Assembly (NCBI GenBank): GCA_963847605.1
Contig: CAWKAM010000043.1
Location: 7,636-71,635, forward strand
Source of the DNA: an uncultured delta proteobacterium
GTDB lineage: Bacteria > Desulfobacterota > Desulfomonilia > UBA1062
DNA length: 64,000 nt
Reading direction: 5' to 3'
Part shown: positions 28,952-37,444 of the stretch, one piece after another
How the letters are laid out: each line of letters opens with the position of its first letter
Position numbering within the stretch: position 1 is the first letter of the stretch
Translations under genes and position numbers: made by a program
Notes under the pieces: generated by a model
The model's input: the letters and a program-made list of their open reading frames with translations, nothing else
What the model was told of the DNA's origin: nothing
The model's database searches: none

Positions 28952-29809
28952 TTATGGCAGCATAAGGTCAATATGGCCCGCAAGGGCCTTCTTCAGCTTG
29001 GTCTTCACATTGTTCTCAATCTGCCGTACCCTTTCTTTGGAGATAGCATATTGTCTGCCCAGGTCTTCCAAGGTCAACGGGCTCTCGGCCATAAGTCGCT
29101 GGCGTGCGATATCCTGTTCGCGCGGAGTAAGCTTTTCAAGCGCGGATTCGATCTGGGTCTTCACAAAGGACGCCCGCTGTGACTCTATGACCCTGTCCTC
29201 GGGATTGGACCTTGTGTCCACCAGGAAGTCCAAAAAGCTGCTGTCGCTGCCGTCGGTCATGGGGGTGTCAAGAGACTGATCCCTGTTCATGAGGCGTGAT
29301 ATGATCTCCTCAATGGCGTGGGGATCTGCATCAAGCCTGGCTGAAAGGGCATTGGACTGCTCGGTTATGTGCTCATCCATAACATCTTCTTCTGCCGACA
29401 TCCGGTTAAGTCCGTAGAAGAGCCTCTTCTGGAGCTTGGTTGTACCCAGCTTCACCTGGGAAAAGAACCTTAAGATGTAGTCATGGATCATGGCCTTGAT
29501 CCACCATACGGCATAGGTCATGAGCCTATAACCTTTGTTAGGATCGAATTTTTTAACCGCAATCATCAAGCCGATAGTGCCTTCTTGCACGATATCCTCC
29601 AGGGGCAGCCCATAGCCTGAATAGTCCATTGCGATACGGACGACATTCCGTAAGTTCGCAGTGATGAGCCGCTGGGCGGCATCGACATCACCATGCTCCT
29701 TTAAGCGGAGAGCGAGCTCGTATTCCTCTTCTTTGCTGAGCGAAGGCAGCCTGTCAAATCTCCCTATAAGGTTCGCAGTGGAATTACTTTGTATTGCAGG
29801 CAGTTGCAT
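28952..29809 (-). CDS. rpoH: RNA polymerase sigma-32 factor RpoH
   Basis: Sigma-70 regions 2-4 are present, together with an RpoH-box-like TTKLQKRLFYGLNR. Confidence 0.9.
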   Translation of the reverse strand: MQLPAIQSNSTANLIGRFDRLPSLSKEEEYELALRLKEHGDVDAAQRLITANLRNVVRIAMDYSGYGLPLEDIVQEGTIGLMIAVKKFDPNKGYRLMTYAVWWIKAMIHDYILRFFSQVKLGTTKLQKRLFYGLNRMSAEEDVMDEHITEQSNALSARLDADPHAIEEIISRLMNRDQSLDTPMTDGSDSSFLDFLVDTRSNPEDRVIESQRASFVKTQIESALEKLTPREQDIARQRLMAESPLTLEDLGRQYAISKERVRQIENNVKTKLKKALAGHIDLMLP

Positions 29810-29950
29810 TTTTCATTCATCTCCTTTTTATATGACCTAAATTCTCATAAAATTGTATCGGTTCCAACAATCCGTATTTTTAGATGAAAAAAAGGGTTGA
29901 AGGTTTCATCTATTCAAGGTAAATAACAAAAACTTTGGAGGTTATCTAGG

Positions 29951-31524
29951 ATGAAGTCAATCAGGGCGACTCTCATATATACGCTTGCGTTTGCGCTGCT
30001 GGGATGCTCATATACCCTCCACAACAAATATCCGCCGGAACATCCGCCTAGTCCCGACCTGGACTTAAGCTCTATCCAGGGACCGGTGGCTCAAATAGAG
30101 CAACCTCTCATAGAAACCCCTCAACCCCAAGTACAAGAAAAACCCCAAGAAACGATACAGGAAACTCCAACTCCAAATGTGGATAAACCTGTTCATAAGA
30201 AAGTTACCCCCGGGGGAAAAAGACTTATAATACCGAGTATGAGGTCAATTCACAGGTACAGCTCTGGGTTGACCGCCTATCTAACAAAGACCGCCAGGAA
30301 TTCCAAAGTGCCCTGGCCAGGCTCGACAAGATACGTCCTGCCATGGAACGGATATTTGAGCAGCACGGGATCCCCAAGGAACTTGTGTACTTGTGTCTGG
30401 TGGAGAGCAACGCTAACCCCCATGCGGTCTCCTGCTCAGGCGCCACTGGCTACTGGCAGTTCATTCCGGATACTGCAAAAAAGTATGGCCTGCAGGTAAA
30501 TAAGTATGTAGATGAGCGTAAAGACCTTGATAAATCCACTCACGCTGCCGCACAGTATCTGAAGCATCTTTATTCCATATTCGGCGACTGGTATCTCTCC
30601 ATTGCCGCATACAACGCAGGTGAAGGGGCTGTCTCAAGGCTCATGAAAGGCAAGGGTGTCTACACATTCTGGGATATTAAAAATTCCATGGACATCAAAC
30701 CTGAAACCATTGATTACGTGCCAAAGTACATCGCTACGGTCATCCTGGCCAAGAACCGCGAGGCTTATGGTCTGCGCAAATCCGAGCCAAGGCCGCTGCC
30801 GATCGCCTCTGATAAGGTGTATAGTCCCGGGTATCTTGACGACATAGCCAAGGCAAGCGGTGGTCTCAAAGGGTCTATTGCTGAAAATAGCGCTGATGTC
30901 ATTACTGATACCATACCTACATCTATCAAAGATGCGAGAGAAAAGGTCCGCAAAAACTCAGGAAGATCATTAAAGCATGGTGCCGGCCGCCAGATGGATT
31001 CTTCCGAAGAATCCATACCCTATGTCACTCATACCATTCGCAAAGGTGAAACCCTGTATTCCCTTGCCAAGAAGCATTCCACCACGGTGGAGGCTATTGC
31101 CAGGGCGAACCGACTCTCCCTGCAACAGGGCTTGAAGGTGGGGAAAACCATTATCATTCCGGAAAGCCCTACCCACATCGCTATGAAAAAAGACGCCGGA
31201 GGGGATCATGTCCATTTAGTGGCCAAGGGCGAGACCCTTAAAGGTATATCCAAAGAACATGGGATCCCGGTGGATGAGATCATTCGTGCGAACGATATCA
31301 AAAACCCCAGCCTTATTCAGCCCAAGACGGCCCTTGTCATCCCTGTTTCACAAAGCAGACATGCCCTCAAAAAGGCTCTGAAATACAAGGTGAAGAAAGG
31401 CGATACCCTCTGGGGGATCTCCAGACAGTTCGACGTCTCCACCATGGATATCCTGCGCTGGAACAGGCTCGCATCCGCAACCGAGATAAAGCCCGGCGAC
31501 AAGCTGACCATTTACCATCAATGA
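29951..31524 (+). CDS. MltD-like membrane-bound lytic murein transglycosylase lipoprotein (SLT domain plus 3 LysM repeats); frame interrupted near 30207..30221
   Basis: The lipobox LLGC lies in frame 2 (29951 onward). The SLT catalytic motif LVESNANPHAVSCSGATGYWQF and three LysM repeats lie in frame 1 (open from 30199; the track ORF is 30343..31524). Confidence 0.8.
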
Positions 31525-31651
31525 CCGTACCCGGCGGGTGATACCGGGCCTGCCCGTTCACGACGGCCGGTTTATTGCCTTTGAAGACCCTGACAAAAAA
31601 GAATCCAGAGAGGCGTATGCCCGGAATAATCGAAGGTATGTACCAAATAAA

Positions 31652-31680
31652 TTGAAAACACCCGTGGTCACCTTTATAAT
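31652..31680 (+). promoter_or_regulatory. sigma-70-like promoter upstream of the beta-propeller protein gene
   Basis: TTGAAA (31652..31657), a 17-nt spacer and a perfect TATAAT (31675..31680) lie 40 nt upstream of the ATG at 31721. Confidence 0.4.
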
Positions 31681-31720
31681 GTATTACATAATACCTTCAT
31701 CATGCCGAGAAAGGAAACAT

Positions 31721-33046
31721 ATGAGAACGCATGTCTTATCTTTCATGATCACCGCTTTCATCCTCTCCTTGTTACTATCCAACTCCGTCAGCTACGCCGA
31801 TAGTTGGCAGCAAGCTTCTCTTCCCTCATCCGTCACTCAGGATCTCTCTGCCGTATGGGGTTCATCGGATGGGGATATCTATGTTGCCGGGGAAAGCGGT
31901 ACGCTCATCCACTGGGATGGGAGCACCTGGCAGGAGATAACTACCAATACATCCAGCGACCTGACATCACTGTGGGAACTGCCCGATATTGCAGTATTCT
32001 CGGCAGGCGATCTAGGGACTATAGGGAGGATCTTCCTGAATGACGTCACAGGGTGGCAGCCAATGTCCACGTATACCGACAGTCATCTCAATGCACTCTG
32101 GGGATCATCAGCAACAAATGTCTATGCCGTTGGGTCATTAGGAACTATCTTATCCTTTAACGGAACCACCCCATGGAGTACCATGGATAGTCCGACTACG
32201 CTTACATTATACAGCCTCTGGGGAAGTGCTTCCAATAATATATATGCCGGCGGTGAAGCCGGAACAATGCTTAACTATGACGGGACTACTTGGAAAGCCG
32301 TATCATCGATACCGACCTCTCAGGATATCCGCGCCCTCTGGGGGTCATCCGGCTCAGACATCTATGCCGCAGGTACGCTTGGAGAGATTATCCACTATAA
32401 CGGGAATAAATGGTCACCTGTATATACAGCAAGCGGGAATCTTCTTACCTCTCTCTGGGGAAGCTCCTCGACCGACATCTTTGCCGCGGGGCAAAACGGC
32501 AAGATCTACCACTATTACAATAACGGGGTGACCTTGAACTGGTATGATATTACCCCTACCATTTCCATCACGAACATCAATGCCGTCTGGGGAAGCACCT
32601 CGGGCAAAGTTTATTTTGCAGGCAAAGACGGCACCTTCCTCTTCTATACCAGGCCCGACCACATCCCACCCGTGATCAATTTTTCCGAGATATCAAAGAA
32701 TAATGACGGCACTGCCTATATATCGACCCCCGTAACCTTTTTATTCTCCGAGAAGATGGATCCGGCGACCATCAACGCCTCAACAATTATCCTGAAATCG
32801 GGATCTACCGTGGTACCCGAACAGGTGAGCCTGTCCAGTGACGGCATGACCCTCAGCGTGAGCGGCGATGATGCATTCTCAACCCCCTATACCCTTATCG
32901 TCACAGGAGGCAGTAACGGAGTGAAAGACCCGGCAGGGAATGCTCTGGCATCGAGCTACTCGGTCTCTTTCACCACCGAGGCAAAACCCTCTTCCACAGG
33001 CAGTAGTGGCGGCGGGGGCTGTTTCATCTCGTCAGCCCGGATGTAA
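31721..33046 (+). CDS. secreted seven-repeat beta-propeller-like protein with a C-terminal SbsA-type Ig-like domain
   Basis: The signal peptide is MRTHVLSFMITAFILSLLLSNSVSYA. Seven repeats of the pattern LWGSSxxDIYAxGxxGTIxHYxGxxW follow. An Ig-like segment is present (TFLFSEKMDPATINASTIIL...VKDPAGNAL), and the tail is Gly-rich and Cys-containing. The start is chosen at the M after the promoter; the track ORF begins at 31538. Confidence 0.7.
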   Translation: MRTHVLSFMITAFILSLLLSNSVSYADSWQQASLPSSVTQDLSAVWGSSDGDIYVAGESGTLIHWDGSTWQEITTNTSSDLTSLWELPDIAVFSAGDLGTIGRIFLNDVTGWQPMSTYTDSHLNALWGSSATNVYAVGSLGTILSFNGTTPWSTMDSPTTLTLYSLWGSASNNIYAGGEAGTMLNYDGTTWKAVSSIPTSQDIRALWGSSGSDIYAAGTLGEIIHYNGNKWSPVYTASGNLLTSLWGSSSTDIFAAGQNGKIYHYYNNGVTLNWYDITPTISITNINAVWGSTSGKVYFAGKDGTFLFYTRPDHIPPVINFSEISKNNDGTAYISTPVTFLFSEKMDPATINASTIILKSGSTVVPEQVSLSSDGMTLSVSGDDAFSTPYTLIVTGGSNGVKDPAGNALASSYSVSFTTEAKPSSTGSSGGGGCFISSARM

Positions 33047-33124
33047 TCAAACCCGATCGTAAAAAGTTCACCCTACCCGACAAGCTCCCTGCGAGTTCCA
33101 TATCCTCGGCTGTCGGATAGACCG

Positions 33125-34579
33125 CTACCAGGCCAGCACTTTCATCCCTGAAGCTGCGAGATAGGCTGCGATATCCTTATCGATATTCTTTAAGAGGATG
33201 ACATTGCCGCCCAACTGAAGACCCGGGATCTCCAGTTCAGTCCTGCCCTGGGCCACCGTCATCTTCAGCGGGGGTCCCTCAAACTCAAGGCCGATTTTTT
33301 TCAGCACCTCATCGAGTTGCATCGAGTTCATATTTAACACCTCAAATGACTGCTGCCCGAGCATGGCAACCATATCCTGTCCAGGCATGACATCGGTGAG
33401 TATCACATTGCCCAAAAGAACCGGGGCCTTGTAGGATATCTTGACCACGCCGCCTTTTGTCAGGTCAATCTCCTTGTTTGTCTCAAAAGGGATCTTGAGG
33501 CGATTGAAAAGTACAGGATATGAATGCTTCAGGTCGACAACTTGTATGGGTTTTTTTTGTGCCCTTCCGGGATCTTTTCCGCCGATTTCAATGAGATCTA
33601 TACCGAAGTGCCCTGCATAGCTCCTGATGGCAGAAGGTGTCTTTTGTTCCTCATTGCCTAGGAGATTGACAACGAACACATTGCGCCGGGAAAAGTCCTT
33701 ATATACGATCCACTTGCCGAAAAATCTGAGCTTCTCTTCTGACCCAACGAGGAGCGGGCTTGCATCTTTATTGATAGAGAAGTACCCGGATACATTTAAG
33801 ACCTTATCCATGAGCCCTTCCAGGTCCCCTTGCGATCCGGAGATGATGGTGAAGGATGGGAATGCCTTTTCGATAAACCCTTTCATTTCCGGAGTGATCT
33901 GAGCGTTCAAATCAAAGATGATCTTTCTGCCTGTATCCAACTCCATGACCGGGACCTCGGAGGTATTGATAGACATGCTGGTGCCGCCCGTGACGGGCAT
34001 GTAATAGGTTCCCTTGTCTCTCTGTGTACCGCCCAGTGCCTTCAATGCCGGGAGAACCGATCCCTTGACCACCCTGAGATCCTGAAATTTTCCCGCTTTT
34101 GCAGTTTTTGTGCTGGCCCCCTGGTTTATTGATGGCGCCGGTGTGGCTGCTTGGGCTTGGGGAGAGACGGATGCCGAGATATCTTCCCTGTCATGAGATT
34201 TTGTTGCTGCGACTTCAGGAAAAGGAAGAGGGTTGGGCTTATTCTCCGGCCGCACACCGGAGGTGGTCGCTGAAACAGGGGAGCTCGGCAGGGTCGGAGT
34301 CTGTGCACGATTTGCAGCAGTCAACACCTGCTTGATTTCAGGAAGCCTGAGCTTTTGACCTGGCATTATGAGATTAGGATTAGTGATCTCGGGGTTTAAT
34401 TTCTTAACAAGGCCTATATATTCATGGAAGATACGCTCATCAGAGACACCATAGATTTTCCTGAGGATCTCGGCGAGATATTCACCCTGTTGAATTACAT
34501 ATTCATTGGGAGAAACCTCCTTTACTTCAAATTCCTCCCGGGGCTGAGGCTTCTGCGGCCTCCTGAATAGTCTTTTCAT
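33125..34579 (-). CDS. LysM-like repeat protein, distal part (probably continuous with 34527..34871)
   Basis: The N-terminus carries a LysM-like unit (NEYVIQQGEYLAEILRKIYG...IMPGQKLRLP). This is followed by a Pro/Ala/Thr linker and a conserved-looking domain of about 300 aa with unknown function. There is no signal peptide of its own. Confidence 0.6.
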   Translation of the reverse strand: MKRLFRRPQKPQPREEFEVKEVSPNEYVIQQGEYLAEILRKIYGVSDERIFHEYIGLVKKLNPEITNPNLIMPGQKLRLPEIKQVLTAANRAQTPTLPSSPVSATTSGVRPENKPNPLPFPEVAATKSHDREDISASVSPQAQAATPAPSINQGASTKTAKAGKFQDLRVVKGSVLPALKALGGTQRDKGTYYMPVTGGTSMSINTSEVPVMELDTGRKIIFDLNAQITPEMKGFIEKAFPSFTIISGSQGDLEGLMDKVLNVSGYFSINKDASPLLVGSEEKLRFFGKWIVYKDFSRRNVFVVNLLGNEEQKTPSAIRSYAGHFGIDLIEIGGKDPGRAQKKPIQVVDLKHSYPVLFNRLKIPFETNKEIDLTKGGVVKISYKAPVLLGNVILTDVMPGQDMVAMLGQQSFEVLNMNSMQLDEVLKKIGLEFEGPPLKMTVAQGRTELEIPGLQLGGNVILLKNIDKDIAAYLAASGMKVLAW

Positions 34580-34871
34580 CCCCTATCATCGGGATCATGA
34601 TCTTGGTGTCTGCAGGGATGTAGTCAAGGTCTGCTATGGAGGGGTTTTCCTGTCTAAACCGTTTATAGAGGTATGGCAGGTCTTCCTCCTTAGCCTTGTA
34701 TCCCTCCATCAGGATCTTCCGCAAGGTGTCGCCTTCCCTGACCACATACTCGTTTGAAGGAAGCATTTTGACTCTCCTGGCATGTTTGACCAGCGTGATG
34801 TCCGCGGCTAAGGCACTCAGCGAGAAGGCGATCAAGGCCGCCAGGAGTACGGCCGTGCGGACATGCATCAA
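34527..34871 (-). CDS. LysM-like repeat protein, signal-peptide-bearing proximal part
   Basis: The signal peptide is MMHVRTAVLLAALIAFSLSALA, and a LysM-like unit follows (NEYVVREGDTLRKILMEGY...TKIMIP). The start overlaps the PBP1A stop (ATGA). Confidence 0.6.
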   Translation of the reverse strand: MMHVRTAVLLAALIAFSLSALAADITLVKHARRVKMLPSNEYVVREGDTLRKILMEGYKAKEEDLPYLYKRFRQENPSIADLDYIPADTKIMIPMIGDEKTIQEAAEASAPGGI

Positions 34872-37210
34872 TAGACCTCCTTCAGCAATTGATCATCATT
34901 AACATTTTTTTCGGCAGTAGGCACGCTGCCCTTCTTAAAGACCTCAAAACGTGTTTCCATTGAATCCCCCGGTGCCTCCTTCCCGGTCTTGGAGTTGACC
35001 CTGGCAAACACTACACCATCAGGTACCCTGAAATCACGCACCTGTCGGTCACGCAATGCCGTTGTCATAAAATCGACAAAGATGGGGCATGCGGTATTAC
35101 CACCGGTTTCGCTGGCACCAAGCGAAGTCATACTGTCATAACCCACCCATACACCACATAATACATCGGGTGTAAATCCGACAAACCAGGTATCCTTGCT
35201 GTCATCACTCGTCCCTGTCTTGCCTGCCACCGGTCTCATGAGGGCCTTAGCCCGCCAGCCTGTCCCCTCCTGTACCACGTCCTTAAGGATGTTGGTAACA
35301 ATATAGGCCGTCTGTTCCGAGATCACCCGCTGGTCCTGTACGGACGTCTGGGTATTTATCGCATCTTGCGGGGGGACAATGCCTTCCGAGGTCGCTGTGG
35401 CTTCAGGGGCAGCAGAGGTAAAAGTGCCTGCAGGGGCTCTGAATATTGTCCCTTTCCCGCTCTGGACGATACTTTCGATCATATGGGGATTAAACTTCTG
35501 TCCGTACGTGGCAATTTCTGCATAGCCCTTAAACAGGTTGATAGGTGTCAGCACACCGGAGCCCAGGGCAAGGGAAAGGTTCCTGGGCAGTTCTCCTTGC
35601 ATATCGAACCGCTTGAGGTAAGAGATGGCATAATCAAGGCCTATCTCGTTTAAAATCTTGATGGTGACGACGTTCCTTGACAGGACCAAGCCGGTCCTTA
35701 ACGTGGTTGCACCATAGAACCGGTTCTCAAAGTTCCTGGGCTGCCACATCTCCTCATCCGCACCGGCCTTATAGGTCACCGGTGCATCGAAGATGATCGA
35801 AGCCGGCGTCATGCCCTTATCGATGGCTGCGGCATAAATAAAGGGCTTTATGGCAGACCCGCTCTGTCTCTTAGCATCTATGGCCCTGTTGAATTGGCTC
35901 TTGGAATAATCTACCCCGCCCACCATGGCAAGGATACCAGCCTTTTCCAGGTCAAAAGCCATGAGCACACCTTGGACGGTAGGCTGCTGGGAGATCTCAA
36001 AGCCCCTGGGTGTAGAGCATAGCTGAATCAGATCACCCTGTTTCAGGTTGCTTGATGGTCTCCACTTCCCCTTAGGTTCGATCCAGGCATAGCTGCTGGG
36101 ACCAAGCTCGAGGTGCCTGGACCCGAGTTTCACTGTCAAAGGATCCAGCCTCATCACCTCTGCCCAATAGAGCTCATAGGGCTCGTAACCCTTCCATTCA
36201 AGCTGGTTCGACTGAAAGGCAAAGATACGCTCCTTTTCGGTTAGGCTCACGTTCTTGACGGAACCCTGATACTTGCCTTGCCGCATCTCCAGCTCGATGA
36301 CCCCTTTTCGAACGGCGAGTGTCGCTGCGCGCTGGAGATCCGGAACGATGGAAGTTCGGATAATGATCCCTGTGTTGAAGATGTCCTCGCCGAACTGCTT
36401 TGTTACCAGTGTCTTCACATATTCGGTGATGTAGGGTTGATCGGTGAACAAGGCCACATCTTTGGCTACAATCCGAAGCGGATCTTTGTATGCCTCACGT
36501 GCCTCAGCCTGGGTGATGTATCCTTCCGATACCATGCGTGAAAGGACATACCACTGCCTTCGCTTTGCCGCAGTGAAATCATTTAACGGCGAGTACCGTG
36601 TGGGAGCAGGGGCAAGCCCTGCAAGCAGGGCCATCTCTGAGAGCTCGAGCTCCCTGCATTCCTTGCCGAAGTAGCGTAAAGACGCAGCCTGGACGCCGTA
36701 GGCGCCGCTGCCCAGGTATATACGGTCGAGATAGAGGTTTAATATCTGCTCCTTGGTCAGTGCCTGTTCAATTCGCAGGGCCAGTACGATCTCTTTGATC
36801 TTCCTACTGATGGTCTTCTCCCTTGTCAGCAGATATGACCTCACCACTTGCTGCGTGATGGTGGAGGCACCCTGGACAAAGGAGTTTGCCCTGATATCGG
36901 CAAGTAATGCGCTGATGATCCTGCGCGGTTCAAGGCCTACATGATCGTAGAAGGTGGAATCCTCTGCGGCCACAATGGCCTGCTTGAGGGTGATGGGGAT
37001 GTTGTGTCCGTTCAGCACGATCCTGCCTTCAGAAGGAAAGTATGCTATCGGCGTACCATCTGCAGCAGTAACCTTGCTGAGTTTGGTGGTCTCATCGTTT
37101 CTCAGTTCCTCGATGGAGGGGAGCCCCCTGAGCACGAACACATAGACCCATGCACAACACAGGACAATGGTGATCACGATGAAAAGAAGTATGAATCTGA
37201 GCCATCTCAT
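34868..37210 (-). CDS. mrcA: penicillin-binding protein 1A (bifunctional glycosyltransferase/transpeptidase)
   Basis: The GT51 motifs are AAEDSTFYDHVG and GASTITQQ. The transpeptidase motifs are SGSAIKP, SRN and KTGT. Confidence 0.95.
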   Translation of the reverse strand: MRWLRFILLFIVITIVLCCAWVYVFVLRGLPSIEELRNDETTKLSKVTAADGTPIAYFPSEGRIVLNGHNIPITLKQAIVAAEDSTFYDHVGLEPRRIISALLADIRANSFVQGASTITQQVVRSYLLTREKTISRKIKEIVLALRIEQALTKEQILNLYLDRIYLGSGAYGVQAASLRYFGKECRELELSEMALLAGLAPAPTRYSPLNDFTAAKRRQWYVLSRMVSEGYITQAEAREAYKDPLRIVAKDVALFTDQPYITEYVKTLVTKQFGEDIFNTGIIIRTSIVPDLQRAATLAVRKGVIELEMRQGKYQGSVKNVSLTEKERIFAFQSNQLEWKGYEPYELYWAEVMRLDPLTVKLGSRHLELGPSSYAWIEPKGKWRPSSNLKQGDLIQLCSTPRGFEISQQPTVQGVLMAFDLEKAGILAMVGGVDYSKSQFNRAIDAKRQSGSAIKPFIYAAAIDKGMTPASIIFDAPVTYKAGADEEMWQPRNFENRFYGATTLRTGLVLSRNVVTIKILNEIGLDYAISYLKRFDMQGELPRNLSLALGSGVLTPINLFKGYAEIATYGQKFNPHMIESIVQSGKGTIFRAPAGTFTSAAPEATATSEGIVPPQDAINTQTSVQDQRVISEQTAYIVTNILKDVVQEGTGWRAKALMRPVAGKTGTSDDSKDTWFVGFTPDVLCGVWVGYDSMTSLGASETGGNTACPIFVDFMTTALRDRQVRDFRVPDGVVFARVNSKTGKEAPGDSMETRFEVFKKGSVPTAEKNVNDDQLLKEVY

Positions 37211-37444
37211 AGTGTTCCCTTACATATCAATATGGCTGTGAAATGCAAGTGCAAAGAGGTGGGGAACAGGGTCTGGACGAAGGCGAGGGGTTGTGTTAAT
37301 TGTGCAGTCAACAATAGAATAATAGATAGTACGAACCCCAGAGCGGGCTCTGGAACGATATACCATATCAAGCTGCTTTAATAAGACATAAGTCTTCTCT
37401 TCCGCCTTAGCGGTCGCGAAGGCACCATTGATGCGGAGGAACAA

